DNA of 64,000 nt from Eledone cirrhosa (lineage: Eukaryota): contig OZ024740.1 in the NCBI GenBank assembly GCA_964016885.1, forward strand, positions 389,856,001 through 389,920,000, given 5' to 3'. A model generated the notes under the pieces. It did no database searches and was not told where the DNA came from. It saw only the letters and a list, made by a program, of their open reading frames with translations. The translations under genes were made by a program, and so were the position numbers. This document shows, piece after piece, positions 1 to 13,349 of this stretch (the first letter of the stretch is position 1; the number at the start of each line of letters is the position of its first letter).

Positions 1-74
1 TTGTCGGAGTCAGAACCTCTATTTATTCATGTTCTTTCGGAGTTAGAACCTCTATTTATTCATGTTCTGTCGCA

Positions 75-3000
75 GTTAGAATCTCTATTTATTCAATATC
101 TGTCGCAGTTAGAACCTCTTGTCGGAGTCAGAACCATTATTTATTCATGTTCAGTCGGAGTCAGAACCTCTATTTATTCATGTTCTGTCGGAGTTAGAAC
201 CTCTGTTTATTCATGTTCTGTCGCAGTTAGAACCTCTATTTATTCATGTTCTGTGGGAGTTAGAACCTCGATTTATTCATGTTCTGTCGGAGTTAGAACC
301 TCTGTTTATTCTTGTTCTGTCGGAGTTAGAAGCTCTATTTATTCATGTTCTGTCGCAGTTAGAACCTCTATTTATTCATGTTCGGTCGGAGTTAGAACCT
401 CTGTTTATTCATGTTCTGTCGGAGTTAGAACCTCTTGTCGGAATCAGAACCTCTATATATTCATGTTCTGTCGGAGTTAGAACCTCTATTTATTCATGTT
501 CTGTCGGAGTTAGAACCTCTGTTTATTCATGTTCTTTCGGAGTTAGAACCTCTGTTTATTCATGTTCTATCGGAATTAGAACCTCTATTTATTCATGTTC
601 TGTCGCAGTTAGAACCTCTTTTCGGAGTTAGAACCTCTATTATTCATGTTCTGTCGGAGTTAGAACCTCTATTTATTCATGTTATGTCGCAGTTAGAACC
701 TCTATTTATTGATGTTCTGTCGCATTTAGAACCTCTGTTTATTCATGTTCGGTCGGAGTTAGAAGCTCTTGTCGGAGTTAGAACCTCTGTTTATTCATGT
801 TCTTTCGGAGTTAAAACCTCTGTTTATTCATGTTCTGTCGCAGTTAGTACCACTATTTATTCATGTTCTGTCGGAGTTAGAAGCTCTATTTATTCATGTT
901 CTATCGCATTTAGAACCTCTGTTTATTCATGTTCTGTCGGAGTTAGAACCTCTTGTCGGAGTCTGAACCTCTATTTATTCATGTTCTGTCGCAGTTAGAA
1001 TCTCTATTTATTCAATATCTGTCGCAGTTAGAACCTCTTGTCGGAGTCAGAACCTCTATTTATTCATGTTCAGTCGGAGTCAGAACCTCTATTTATTCAT
1101 GTTCTGTCGGAGTTAGAACCTCTGTTTATTCATGTTCTGTCGCAGTTAGAACCTCTATTTATTGATGTTCTGTCGCAGTTAGAACCTCGATTTATTCATG
1201 CTCTGTCGGAGTTAGAACCTCTGTTTATTCATGTTCTGTCGGAATGAGAACCTCCATTTATTCATGTTCTTTCGGAGTGAGAAACTCTGTTTATTCATGT
1301 TCTGTCGGAGTTAGAACCTCTATTTATTCATGTTCTGTCGGAGTTAGAGCCTCTATTTATTCATGTTCTGTCGCAGTTAGAACCTCTATTTATTCAATAT
1401 CTGTCGCAGTTAGAACCTCTTGTCGGAGTCAGAACCTCTATTTATTCATGTTCTGTCGGAGTCAGAAACTCTATTCATTCATGTTATGTCGGAGTCAGAA
1501 CCTCTATATATTCATGTTCTGTCGGAGTTAGAACCGCTGTTTATTCATGTTCTGTCGGAGTCAGAACCTCTATTTATTCATGTTCTGTCGGAGTGAGAAC
1601 CTCTGTTTATTCATGTTCTGTCGGAGTTAGAACCTCCGTTTATTCATATTCTGTCGGAGTCAGAACCTCTATTTATTCATGTTCTGTCGGAGTTAGAACC
1701 TCTATTTATTCATGTTCTGTCGGAGTTAGAACCTCTATTTATTCATGTTCTGTCGGAGTTAGAACCTCTATTTATTCATGTTCTGTCGCAGTTAGAACCT
1801 CCATTTATTCATGTTCTGTCGCAGTTAGAATCTCTATTTATTCATGTTCTGTCGGAGTTAGAACCTCTATTTATTCATGTTCTGTCGGAGTTAGAACCTC
1901 TATTTATTCAATATCTGTCGCAGTTAGAACCTCTTGTCGGAGTCAGAACCTCTATTTATTCATGTTCAGTCGGAGTCAGAACCTCTATTTATTCATGTTC
2001 TGTCGGAGTTAGAACCTCTCTTTATTCATGTTCTGTCGCAGTTAGAACCTCTATTTATTCATGTTCTGTGGGAGTTAGAACCTCGATTTATTCATGTTCT
2101 GTCGGAGTTAGAACCTCTGTTTATTCTTGTTCTGTCGGAGTTAGAAGCTCTATTTATTCATGTTCTGTCGCAGTTAGAACCTCTATTTATTCATGTTCTG
2201 TCGGAGTTAGAACCTCGGTTTATTCATGTTCTGTCGGAGTTAGAACCTCTTGTCGGAATCAGAACCTCTATATATTCATGTTCTGTCGGAGTTAGAACCT
2301 CTATTTATTCATGTTCTGTCGGAGTTAGAACCTCTGTTTATTCATGTTCTTTCGGAGTTAGAACCTCTGTTTATTCATGTTCTATCGGAATTAGAACCTC
2401 TATTTATTCATGTTCTGTCGCAGTTAGAACCTCTTTTCGGAGTTAGAACCTCTATTATTCATGTTCTGTCGGAGTTAGAACCTCTATTTATTCATGTTAT
2501 GTCGCAGTTAGAACCTCTATTTATTGATGTTCTGTCGCATTTAGAACCTCTATTTATTCATGTTCTGTCGCAGTTAGAACCTCTTTTCGGAGTTAGAACC
2601 TCTATTATTCATGTTCTGTCGGAGTTAGAACCTCTATTTATTCATGTTATGTCGCAGTTAGAACCTCTATTTATTGATGTTCTGTCGCATTTAGAACCTC
2701 TGTTTATTCATGTTCGGTCGGAGTTAGAACCTCTTGTCGGAGTTAGAACCTCTGTTTATTCATGTTCTTTCGGAGTTAAAACCTCTGTTTATTCATGTTC
2801 TGTCGCAGTTAGTACCACTATTTATTCATGTTCTGTCGGAGTTAGAAGCTCTATTTATTCATGTTCTATCGCATTTAGAACCTCTGTTTATTCATGTTCT
2901 GTCGGAGTTAGAACCTCTTGTCGGAGTCCGAACCTCTATTTATTCATGTTCTGTCGCAGTTAGAATCTCTATTTATTCAATATCTGTCGCAGTTAGAACC

Positions 3001-3215
3001 TCTTGTCGGAGTCAGAACCTCTATTTATTCATGTTCAGTCGGAGTCAGAACCTCTATTTATTCATGTTCTGTCGGAGTTAGAACCTCTGTTTATTCATGT
3101 TCTGTCGCAGTTAGAACCTCTATTTATTGATGTTCTGTCGCAGTTAGAACCTCGATTTATTCATGTTCTGTCGGAGTTAGAACCTCTGTTTATTCATGTT
3201 CTGTCGGAATGAGAA
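75..3215. repeat. Duplicated ~1.15-kb variant block (~75-1250 and ~1890-3215); the second copy carries an internal 150-bp tandem duplication
   Basis: Offset is 1815 (119->1934, 435->2250), then 1965 (769->2734, 1038->3003). Shared markers are GGAATCAG, AGTACCAC and GGAATGAG. The 1-bp-deleted monomer CTATTATTC occurs at ~640, ~2455 and ~2605. Confidence 0.88.
101..119. repeat. 19-bp truncated monomer (first complete example; recurs throughout the array)
   Basis: TGTCGCAGTTAGAACCTCT is followed directly by TGTCGG, lacking ATTTATTCATGTTC. Spacings between truncation junctions fit n x 33 + 19 (e.g. 1->119 = 118, 119->435 = 316, 769->953 = 184). Confidence 0.97.
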
Positions 3216-6200
3216 CCTCTATTTATTGATGTTCTGTCGCAGTTAGAACCTCCATTTATTCATGTTCTGTCGGTGTTAGAACATCTATTTATTCATGTTC
3301 TGTCGCAGTTAGAACCTATATTTATTCATGTTCTGTCGGAGCTAGAACCTCATTTTATTCATGTTCTGTCGGAGTTAGAACCTTTGTTTATTCATGTTCT
3401 GTCGGAGTTAGAACCTCTCTTTATTCATGTTCTGTCGGAGTTAGAACCTCTATTTATTTATGTTCTGTCGGAGTTAGAACATCTATTTATTCATGTTCTG
3501 TTGCAGTTAGAACCTCTATTTATTCATGTTACGTCGCAGTTAGAACCTCTTGTCGGAGTTATAACCTCTATTTATTCATGTTCTGTCGCAGTTAGAACCT
3601 CTATTTATTCATGTTCTGTCGGAGTTAGAACCTCTATCTTTTCATGTTCTGTCGGAGTTAGAACCTCTATTTATTCATGTTCTGTCGGAGTTAGAACCTC
3701 TATTTATTCATGTTCTGTCGGAGTTAGAACCTCTTGTCGGGGTTAGAATCTCTATTTATTCATGTTCTGTCGGAGTTAGAACCTCTATTTATTCATGTTC
3801 TTTCGGAGTTAGAACCTCTATTTATTCATGCTCTCTCGGAGTCAGAACGTCTATTTATTCATGTTCTGTCGCAGTTAGAACCTCTTGTCGGAGTTAGAAA
3901 CTCTATTTATTTATGTTCTGTCGGAGTTAGAACCTCTGTTTATTCATGTTCTTTCGGAGTTAGAACCTCGATTTATTCATGTTCTGTAGGAGTTAGAACC
4001 TCTATTTATTCATGTTCTGTCGGAGTTAGAACCTCTATTCATTCATGTTCTGTCGCAGTTAGAACCTCTATTTATTCATGTTCTGTCGGAGTTACAACCT
4101 CTATTTATTCATGTTCTGTCTGAGTTAGAACCTCTGTTTATTCATGTTCTTTCGGAGTTAGAATCTCTGTTTATTCATGTTGTGTCGGAGTCAGAACCTC
4201 TATTTATTCATGTTCTGTCGGAGTTAGAACCTCTGTTTCTTCATGTTCTGTCGCAGATAGAACCTCTATTTATTCATGTTCTGTCGGGTTTAGAACCTCT
4301 GTTTATTCATGTTCTGTCGCAGTTAGAACCTCTATTTATTCATGTTCTGTCGGAGTTAGAACCTCTATTTATTCATGTTCTGTCGGAGTTAGAACATCTA
4401 TTTATTCATGTTCTGTCGCAGTTAGAACGTCTATTTATTCATGTTCCGTCGCAGTTAAAACCTCTTGTCGGAGTTAGAACCTCCATTTATTCATGTTCTG
4501 TCGCAGTTAGAACCTATATTTATTCATGTTCTGTCGGAGCTAGAACCTCATTTTATTCATGTTCTGTCGGAGTTAGAACCTTTGTTTATTCATGTTCTGT
4601 CGCAGTCAGAACCTCTCTTTATTCATGTTCTCTCGGAGTTAGAACCTCTATTTATTCATGTTCTGTCGCAGTTAGAACCTCTATTTATTCATGTTCTGTC
4701 GGAGTTAGAACCTCTGTTTATTCATGTTCTGTAGGAGTTAGAACCTCTATTTATTCATTTTCTGTCGGAGTCAGAACCTCTATTTATTCATGTTCTGTCG
4801 GAGTTAGAACCTCTTGTCGGAGTTAGAACCTCTATTTATTCATGTTCTGTCGGAGTTAGAACATCTATTTATTCATGTTCTGTCGGAGTCAGAACCTCTG
4901 TTTATTCATGTTCTTTCGGAGTTAGAACATCTATTTATTCATGTTCTGTCGGAGTCAGAACCTCTATTTATTCATCTTCTGTCGGAGTTAGAACCTCTAT
5001 TTATTCATGTTCTGTCGGAGTTGGAACCTCTGTTTATTCATGTTCGGTCGGAGTTAGAACCTCTTGTCGGAGTTAGAACCTCTGTTTATTCATGTTCTTT
5101 CGGAGTTAAAACCTCTGTTTATTCATGTTCTGTCGCAGTTAGAACCACTATTTATTCATGTTCTGTCGGAGTTAGAAGCTCTATTTATTCATGTTCTGTC
5201 GCATTTAGAACCTCTGTTTATTCATGTTCTGTCGGAGTTAGAACCTCTTGTCGGAGTCAGAACCTCTATTTATTCATGTTCTGTCGGAGTTAGAACCTCT
5301 GTTTATTCATGTTCTGTCGCAGTTAGAACCTCTATTTATTCATGTTCTGTGGGAGTTAGAACCTCGATTTATTCATGTTCTGTCGGAGTTAGAACCTCTG
5401 TTTATTCATGTTCTGTCGGAGTCAGAACCTCTATTTATTCATGTTCTGTCGGAGTGAGAACCTCTGTTTATTCATGTTCTGTCGGAGTTAGAACCTCTAT
5501 TTATTCATGTTCTGTCGGAGTTAGAGCCTCTATTTATTCATGTTCTGTCGCAGTTAGAACCTCTATTTATTCAATATCTGTCGCAGTTAGAACCTCTTGT
5601 CGGAGTCAGAACCTCTATTTATTCATGTTCTGTCGGAGTAAGAACCTCTATTTATTCATGTTCTATCGGAGTTAGAACCTCTGTTTATTCATGTTCTTTG
5701 GGAGTTAGAACCTCTATTTATTCATGTTCTGTCGGAGTTAGAACCTCTATTTATTAATGTTCTGTCGCAGTTAGAATCTCTATTTATTCATGTTCTGTCG
5801 CAGTTAGAACCTCTATTTATTCATGTTCTGTCGGAGTTAAAACCTATATTTATTCATGTTCTGTCGTAGTTAGAACCTCTGTTTATTCATGTTCTGTCGG
5901 AGTGATAACCTCTATTTATTCATGTTCTGTCGGTGTTAGAACCTCTTGTCGGGGTTAGAACATGTATTTATTCATGTTCTGTCGGAGTCAGAACCTCTAT
6001 TTATTTAGGTTCTGTCGGAGTTAGAACCTCTATTTATTCATGTTCTGTCGGAGTTAGAACATCTATTTATTCATGTTCTGTCGCATTTAGAACCTCTTGT
6101 CGGGGTTAGAACATGTATTTATTCATGTTCTGTCGGAGTCAGAACCTCTATTTATTTAGGTTCTGTCGGAGTTAGAACCTCTGTTTATTCATGTTCGGTC

Positions 6201-6629
6201 GGAGTTAGAACCTCTTGTCGGAGTTAGAACCTCTGTTTATTCATGTTCTTTCGGAGTTAAAACCGCTGTTTATTCATGTTCTGTCGCAGTTAGAACCAGT
6301 ATTTATTCATGTTCTGTCGGAGTTAGAAGCTCTATTTATTCATGTTCTGTCGCATTTAGAACCTCTGTTTATTCATGTTCTGTCGGAGTTAGAACCTCTT
6401 GTCGGAGTCAGAACCTCAATTTATTCATGTTCTTTCGGAGTTAGAACCTCTATTTATTCATGTTCTGTCGCAGTTAGAATCTCTATTTATTCAATATCTG
6501 TCGCAGTTAGAACCTCTTGTCGGAGTCAGAACCTCTATTTATTCATGTTCAGTCGGAGTCAGAACCTCTATTTATTCATGTTCTGTCGGAGTTAGAACCT
6601 CTGTTTATTCATGTTCTGTCGCAGTCAGA

Positions 6630-9600
6630 ACCTCTATTTATTCATGTTCTGTCGGAGTGAGAACCTCTGTTTATTCATGTTCTGTCGGAGTTAGAACCTC
6701 TATTTATTCATGTTCTGTCGGAGTTAGAGCCTCTATTTATTTATGTTCTGTCGCAGTTAGAACCTCTATTTATTCAATATCTGTCGCAGTTAGAACCTCT
6801 TGTCGGAGTTAGAACATCTATTTATTCATGTTCTGTCGGAGTCAGGACCTCTGTTTATTCATGTTCTGTCGGAGTTAGAACCTCTATTTATTCATGTTCT
6901 TTCGGAGTTAGAACCTCTTTTTATTCATGTTCTTTCGGAGTTAGAACCTCGATTTATTCATGTTCTGTCGGAGTTAGAACCTCTATTTATTCATCTTCTG
7001 TCGGAGTTAGAACCTCTATTTATTCATGTTCTGTCGGAGTTGGAATCTCTATTCATTCATGTTCTGTCGGAGTTAGAACCTCTATTTATTCATGTTCTGT
7101 CGCATTTAGAACGTCTATTTATTCATGTTCGGTCGGAGTTAGAACCTCTTGTCGGAGTTAGAACCTCTGTTTATTCATGTTCTTTCGGAGTTAAAACCTC
7201 TGTTTATTCATGTTCTGTCGCAGTTAGAACCACTATTTATTCATGTTCTGTCGGAGTTAGAAGCTCTATTTATTCATGTTCTGTCGCATTTAGAACCTCT
7301 GTTTATTCATGTTCTGTCGGAGTTAGAACCTCTTGTCGGAGTCAGAACCTCTATTTATTCATGTTCTTTCGGAGTTAGAACCTCTATTTATTCATGTTCT
7401 GTCGCAGTTAGAATCTCTATTTATTCAATATCTGTCGCAGTTAGAACCTCTTGTCGGAGTCAGAACCTCTATTTATTCATGTTCAGTCGGAGTCAGAACC
7501 TCTATTTATTCATGTTCTGTCGGAGTTAGAACCTCTGTTTATTCATGTTCTGTCGCAGTTAGAACCTCTATTTATTCATGTTCTGTGGGACTTAGAACCT
7601 CGATTTATTCATGTTCTGTCGGAGTTAGAACCTCTGTTTATTCATGTTCTGTCGGAGTCAGAACCTCTATTTATTCATGTTCTGTCGGAGTGAGAACCTC
7701 TGTTTATTCATGTTCTGTCGGAGTTAGAACCTCTATTTATTCATGTTCTGTCGGAGTTAGAGCCTCTATTTATTCATGTTCTGTCGCAGTTAGAACCTCT
7801 ATTTATTCAATATCTGTCGCAGTTAGAACCTCTTGTCGGAGTCAGAACCTCTATTTATTCATGTTCTGTCGGAGTAAGAACCTCTATTTATTCATGTTCT
7901 ATCGGAGTTAGAACCTTATTTTTTCATGTTCTGTCGTAGTTAGAACCTCTGTTTATTCATGTTCTGTCGCAGTTAGAACCACTATTTATTCATGTTCTGT
8001 CGCAGTTAGAACCTCTATTTATTCATGTTCTGTCGGAGTTAGAACATGTATTTATTCATGTTCTGTCGGAGTCAGAACCTGTATTTATTTAGGTTCTGTC
8101 GGAGTTAGAACCTCTATTTATTCATGTTCTGTCGGAGTTAGAACATCTATTTATTCATGTTCTGTCGCATTTAGAACCTCTGTTTATTCATGTTTTGTCG
8201 GAGTTAGAACCTCTTGTCGGAGTTAGAACCTCTGTTTATTCATGTTCTTTCGGAGTTAAAACCGCTGTTTATTCATGTTCTGTCGCAGTTAGAACCACTA
8301 TTTATTCATGTTCTGTCGGAGTTAGAAGCTCTATTTATTCATGTTCTGTCGCATTTAGAACCTCTGTTTATTCATGTTCTGTCGGAGTTAGAACCTCTTG
8401 TCAGAGTCAGAACCTCTATTTATTCATGTTTTTTCGGAGTTAGAACCTCTATTTATTCATGTTCTGTCGGAGTTAGAGCCTCTATTTATTCATGTTCTGT
8501 CGCAGTTAGAACCTCTATTTATTCAATATCTGTCGCAGTTAGAACCTCTTGTCGGAGTTAAAACATCTATTTATTCATGTTCTGTCGGAGTCAGAACCTC
8601 TGTTTATTCATGTTCGGTCGGAGTTAGAACCTCTTGTCGGAGTTAGAACCTCTGTTTATTCATGTTCTTTCGGAGTTAAAACCGCTGTTTATTCATGTTC
8701 TGTCGCAGTTAGAACCAGTATTTATTCATGTTCTGTCGGAGTTAGAGCCTCTATTTATTCATGTTCTGTCGCAGTTAGAACCTCTATTTATTCAATATCT
8801 GTCGCAGTTAGAACCTCTTGTCGGAGTCAGAACCTCTATTTATTCATGTTCAGTCGGAGTCAGAACCTCTATTTATTCATGTTCTGTCGGAGTTAGAACC
8901 TCTGTTTATTCATGTTCTGTCGGAGTCAGAACCTCTATTTATTCATGTTCTGTCGGAGTGAGAACCTCTGTTTATTCATGTTCTGTCGGAGTTAGAACCT
9001 CTATTTATTCATGTTCTGTCGGAGTTAGAGCCTCTATTTATTCATGTTCTGTCGCAGTTAGAACCTCTATTTATTCAATATCTGTCGCAGTTAGAACCTC
9101 TTGTCGGAGTTAGAACATCTATTTATTCATGTTCTGTCGGAGTCAGAACCTCTCTTTATTCATGTTCTGTCGGAGTTAGAACCTCTATTTATTCATGTTC
9201 TTTCGGAGTTAGAACCTCTGTTTATTCATGTTCTTTCGGAGTTAGAACCTCGATTTATTCATGTTCTGTCGGAGTTAGAACCTCTATTTATTCATCTTCT
9301 GTCGGAGTTAGAACCTCTATTTATTCATGTTCTGTCGGAGTTGGAATCTCTATTCATTCATGTTCTGTCGGAGTTAGAACCTCTATTTATTCATGTTCTG
9401 TCGCATTTAGAACGTCTGTTTATTCATGTTCGGTCGGAGTTAGAACCTCTTGTCGGAGTTAGAACCTCTGTTTATTCATGTTCTTTCGGAGTTAAAACCT
9501 CTGTTTATTCATGTTCTGTCGCAGTTAGAACCACTATTTATTCATGTTCTGTCGGAGTTAGAAGCTCTATTTATTCATGTTCTGTCGCATTTAGAACCTC

Positions 9601-10580
9601 TGTTTATTCATGTTCTGTCGGAGTTAGAACCTCTTGTCGGAGTCAGAACCTCTATTTATTCATGTTCTTTCGGAGTTAGAACCTCTATTTATTCATGTTC
9701 TGTCGCAGTTAGAATCTCTATTTATTCAATATCTGTCGCAGTTAGAACCTCTTGTCGGAGTCAGAACCTCTATTTATTCATGTTCAGTCGGAGTCAGAAC
9801 CTCTATTTATTCATGTTCTGTCGGAGTTAGAACCTCTGTTTATTCATGTTCTGTCGCAGTTAGAACCTCTATTTATTCATGTTCTGTGGGAGTTAGAACC
9901 TCGATTTATTCATGTTCTGTCGGAGTTAGAACCTCTGTTTATTCATGTTCTGTCGGAGTCAGAACCTCTATTTATTCATGTTCTGTCGGAGTGAGAACCT
10001 CTGTTTATTCATGTTCTGTCGGAGTTAGAACCTCTATTTATTCATGTTCTGTCGGAGTTAGAGCCTCTATTTATTCATGTTCTGTCGCAGTTAGAACCTC
10101 TATTTATTCAATATCTGTCGCAGTTAGAACCTCTTGTCGGAGTCAGAACCTCTATTTATTCATGTTCTGTCGCAGTAAGAACCTCTATTTATTCATGTTC
10201 TATCGGAGTTAGAACCTTATTTTTTCATGTTCTGTCGTAGTTAGAACCTCTGTTTATTCATGTTCTGTCGCAGTTAGAACCACTATTTATTCATGTTCTG
10301 TCGCAGTTAGAACCTCTATTTATTCATGTTCTGTCGGAGTTAGAACATGTATTTATTCATGTTCTGTCGGAGTCAGAACCTGTATTTATTTAGGTTCTGT
10401 CGGAGTTAGAACCTCTATTTATTCATGTTCTGTCGGAGTTAGAACATCTATTTATTCATGTTCTGTCGCATTTAGAACCTCTGTTTATTCATGTTTTGTC
10501 GGAGTTAGAACCTCTTGTCGGAGTTAGAACCTCTGTTTATTCATGTTCTTTCGGAGTTAAAACCGCTGTTTATTATGTTC
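6630..10580. repeat. ~1.65-kb block duplicated at a 2301-bp offset
   Basis: ORF pairs 6800->9101, 7149->9450, 7333->9634 and 8195->10496 all have offset 2301 with near-identical translations. Confidence 0.87.
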
Positions 10581-12975
10581 TGTCGCAGTTAGAACCACTA
10601 TTTATTCATGTTCTGTCGGAGTTAGAAGCTCTATTTATTCATGTTCTGTCGCATTTAGAACCTCTGTTTATTCATGTTCTGTCGGAGTTAGAACCTCTTG
10701 TCGCAGTCAGAACCTCTATTTATTCATGTTTTTTCGGAGTTAGAACCTCTATTTATTCATGTTCTGTCGCAGTTAGAACCTCTATTTATTCAATATCTGT
10801 CGCAGTTAGAACCTCTTGTCGGAGTTAAAACATCTATTTATTCATGTTCTGTCGGAGTCAGAACCTCTGTTTATTCATGTTCGGTCGGAGTTAGAACCTC
10901 TATTTATTCATGTTCTTTCGGAGTTAGAACCTCTGTTTATTCATGTTCTTTCGGAGTTAGAACCTCGATTTATTCATGTTCTGTCGGAGTTAGAACCTCT
11001 ATTTATTCATCTTCTGTCGGAGTTAGAACCTCTATTTATTCATGTTCTGTCGGAGTTGGAATCTCTATTCATTCATGTTCTGTCGGAGTTAGAACCTCTA
11101 TTTATTCATGTTCTGTCGGAGTTAGAACATCTATTTATTCATGTTCTGTCGCATTTAGAACCTCTGTTTATTCATGTTCGGTCGGAGTTAGAACCTCTTG
11201 TCGGAGTTAGAACCTCTGTTTATTCATGTTCTTTCGGAGTTAAAACCTCTGTTTATTCATGTTCTGTCGCAGTTAGAACCACTATTTATTCATGTTCTGT
11301 CGGAGTTAGAAGCTCTATTTATTCATGTTCTGTCGCATTTAGAACCTCTGTTTATTCATGTTCTGTCGGAGTTAGAACCCCTTGTCGGAGTCAGAACCTC
11401 TATTTATTCATGTTCTTTCGGAGTTAGAACCTATATTTATTCATGTTCTGTCGCAGTTAGAATCTCTATTTATTCAATATCTGTCGCAGTTAGAACCTCT
11501 TGTCGGAGTCAGAACCTCTATTTATTCATGTTCAGTCGGAGTCAGAACCTCTATTTATTCATGTTCTGTCGGAGTTAGAACCTCTGTTTATTCATGTTCT
11601 GTCGCAGTTAGAACCTCTGTTTATTCATGTTCTGTCGCAGTTAGAACCACTATTTATTCATGTTCTGTCGCAGTTAGAACCTCTATTTATTCATGTTCTG
11701 TCGGAGTTAGAACATGTATTTATTCATGTTCTGTCGGAGTCAGAACCTGTATTTATTTAGGTTCTGTCGGAGTTAGAACCTCTATTTATTCATGTTCTGT
11801 CGGAGTTAGAACATCTATTTATTCATGTTCTGTCGCATTTAGAACCTCTGTTTATTCATGTTTTGTCGGAGTTAGAACCTCTTGTCGGAGTTAGAACCTC
11901 TGTTTATTCATGTTCTTTCGGAGTTAAAACCGCTGTTTATTATGTTCTGTCGCAGTTAGAACCACTATTTATTCATGTTCTGTCGGAGTTAGAAGCTCTA
12001 TTTATTCATGTTCTGTCGCATTTAGAACCTCTGTTTATTCATGTTCTGTCGGAGTTAGAACCTCTTGTCGCAGTCAGAACCTCTATTTATTCATGTTTTT
12101 TCGGAGTTAGAACCTCTATTTATTCATGTTCTGTCGCAGTTAGAACCTCTATTTATTCAATATCTGTCGCAGTTAGAACCTCTTGTCGGAGTTAAAACAT
12201 CTATTTATTCATGTTCTGTCGGAGTCAGAACCTCTGTTTATTCATGTTCGGTCGGAGTTAGAACCTCTATTTATTCATGTTCTTTCGGAGTTAGAACCTC
12301 TGTTTATTCATGTTCTTTCGGAGTTAGAACCTCGATTTATTCATGTTCTGTCGGAGTTAGAACCTCTATTTATTCATCTTCTGTCGGAGTTAGAACCTCT
12401 ATTTATTCATGTTCTGTCGGAGTTGGAATCTCTATTCATTCATGTTCTGTCGGAGTTAGAACCTCTATTTATTCATGTTCTGTCGGAGTTAGAACATCTA
12501 TTTATTCATGTTCTGTCGCATTTAGAACCTCTGTTTATTCATGTTCGGTCGGAGTTAGAACCTCTTGTCGGAGTTAGAACCTCTGTTTATTCATGTTCTT
12601 TCGGAGTTAAAACCTCTGTTTATTCATGTTCTGTCGCAGTTAGAACCACTATTTATTCATGTTCTGTCGGAGTTAGAAGCTCTATTTATTCATGTTCTGT
12701 CGCATTTAGAACCTCTGTTTATTCATGTTCTGTCGGAGTTAGAACCCCTTGTCGGAGTCAGAACCTCTATTTATTCATGTTCTTTCGGAGTTAGAACCTA
12801 TATTTATTCATGTTCTGTCGCAGTTAGAATCTCTATTTATTCAATATCTGTCGCAGTTAGAACCTCTTGTCGGAGTCAGAACCTCTATTTATTCATGTTC
12901 AGTCGGAGTCAGAACCTCTATTTATTCATGTTCTGTCGGAGTTAGAACCTCTGTTTATTCATGTTCTGTCGCAGT
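10240..12975. repeat. 1367-bp tandem duplication (2 copies)
   Basis: 10496->11863, 10698->12065, 10816->12183 and 11382->12749 all have offset 1367. Private markers shared by both copies are the 1-bp deletion TTTATTATG (~10575/~11942) and AACCCCTT (~11376/~12743). Confidence 0.93.
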
Positions 12976-13349
12976 TAGAACCTCTATTTATTCATGTTCT
13001 GTGGGAGTTAGAACCTCGATTTATTCATGTTCTGTCGGAGTTAGAACCTCTGTTTATTCATGTTCTGTCGGAGTCAGAACCTCTATTTATTCATGTTCTG
13101 TCGGAGTGAGAACCTCTGTTTATTCATGTTCTGTCGGAGTTAGAACCTCTATTTATTCATGTTCTGTCGGAGTTAGAGCCTCTATTTATTTATGTTCTGT
13201 CGCAGTTAGAACCTCTATTTATTCAATATCTGTCGCAGTTAGAACCTCTTGTCGGAGTCAGAACCTCTATTTATTCATGTTCTGTCGGAGTAAGAACCTC
13301 TATTTATTCATGTTCTATCGGAGTTAGAACCTTATTTTTTCATGTTCTG

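Noticed and set aside
181-230. Origin of the 33-mer from 18 + 15 bp sub-repeats both starting TCTGT, or from 3 x 11 bp
   Set aside because: Similarity is limited to 5 bp and no convincing internal periodicity is visible.
769-953. Nucleosome-length phasing of truncation junctions (151 or 184 bp)
   Set aside because: Spacings vary widely (85, 118, 151, 184, 217, 250, 316, 349, 382 and over 900 bp), with no dominant nucleosomal period visible.
8041-8064. Full steroid hormone response element or heat-shock element (AGAACA...TGTTCT; GAA/TTC)
   Set aside because: Half-site spacing is 12 nt rather than the required 3, and the GAA/TTC units are not in the 5-bp HSE register.
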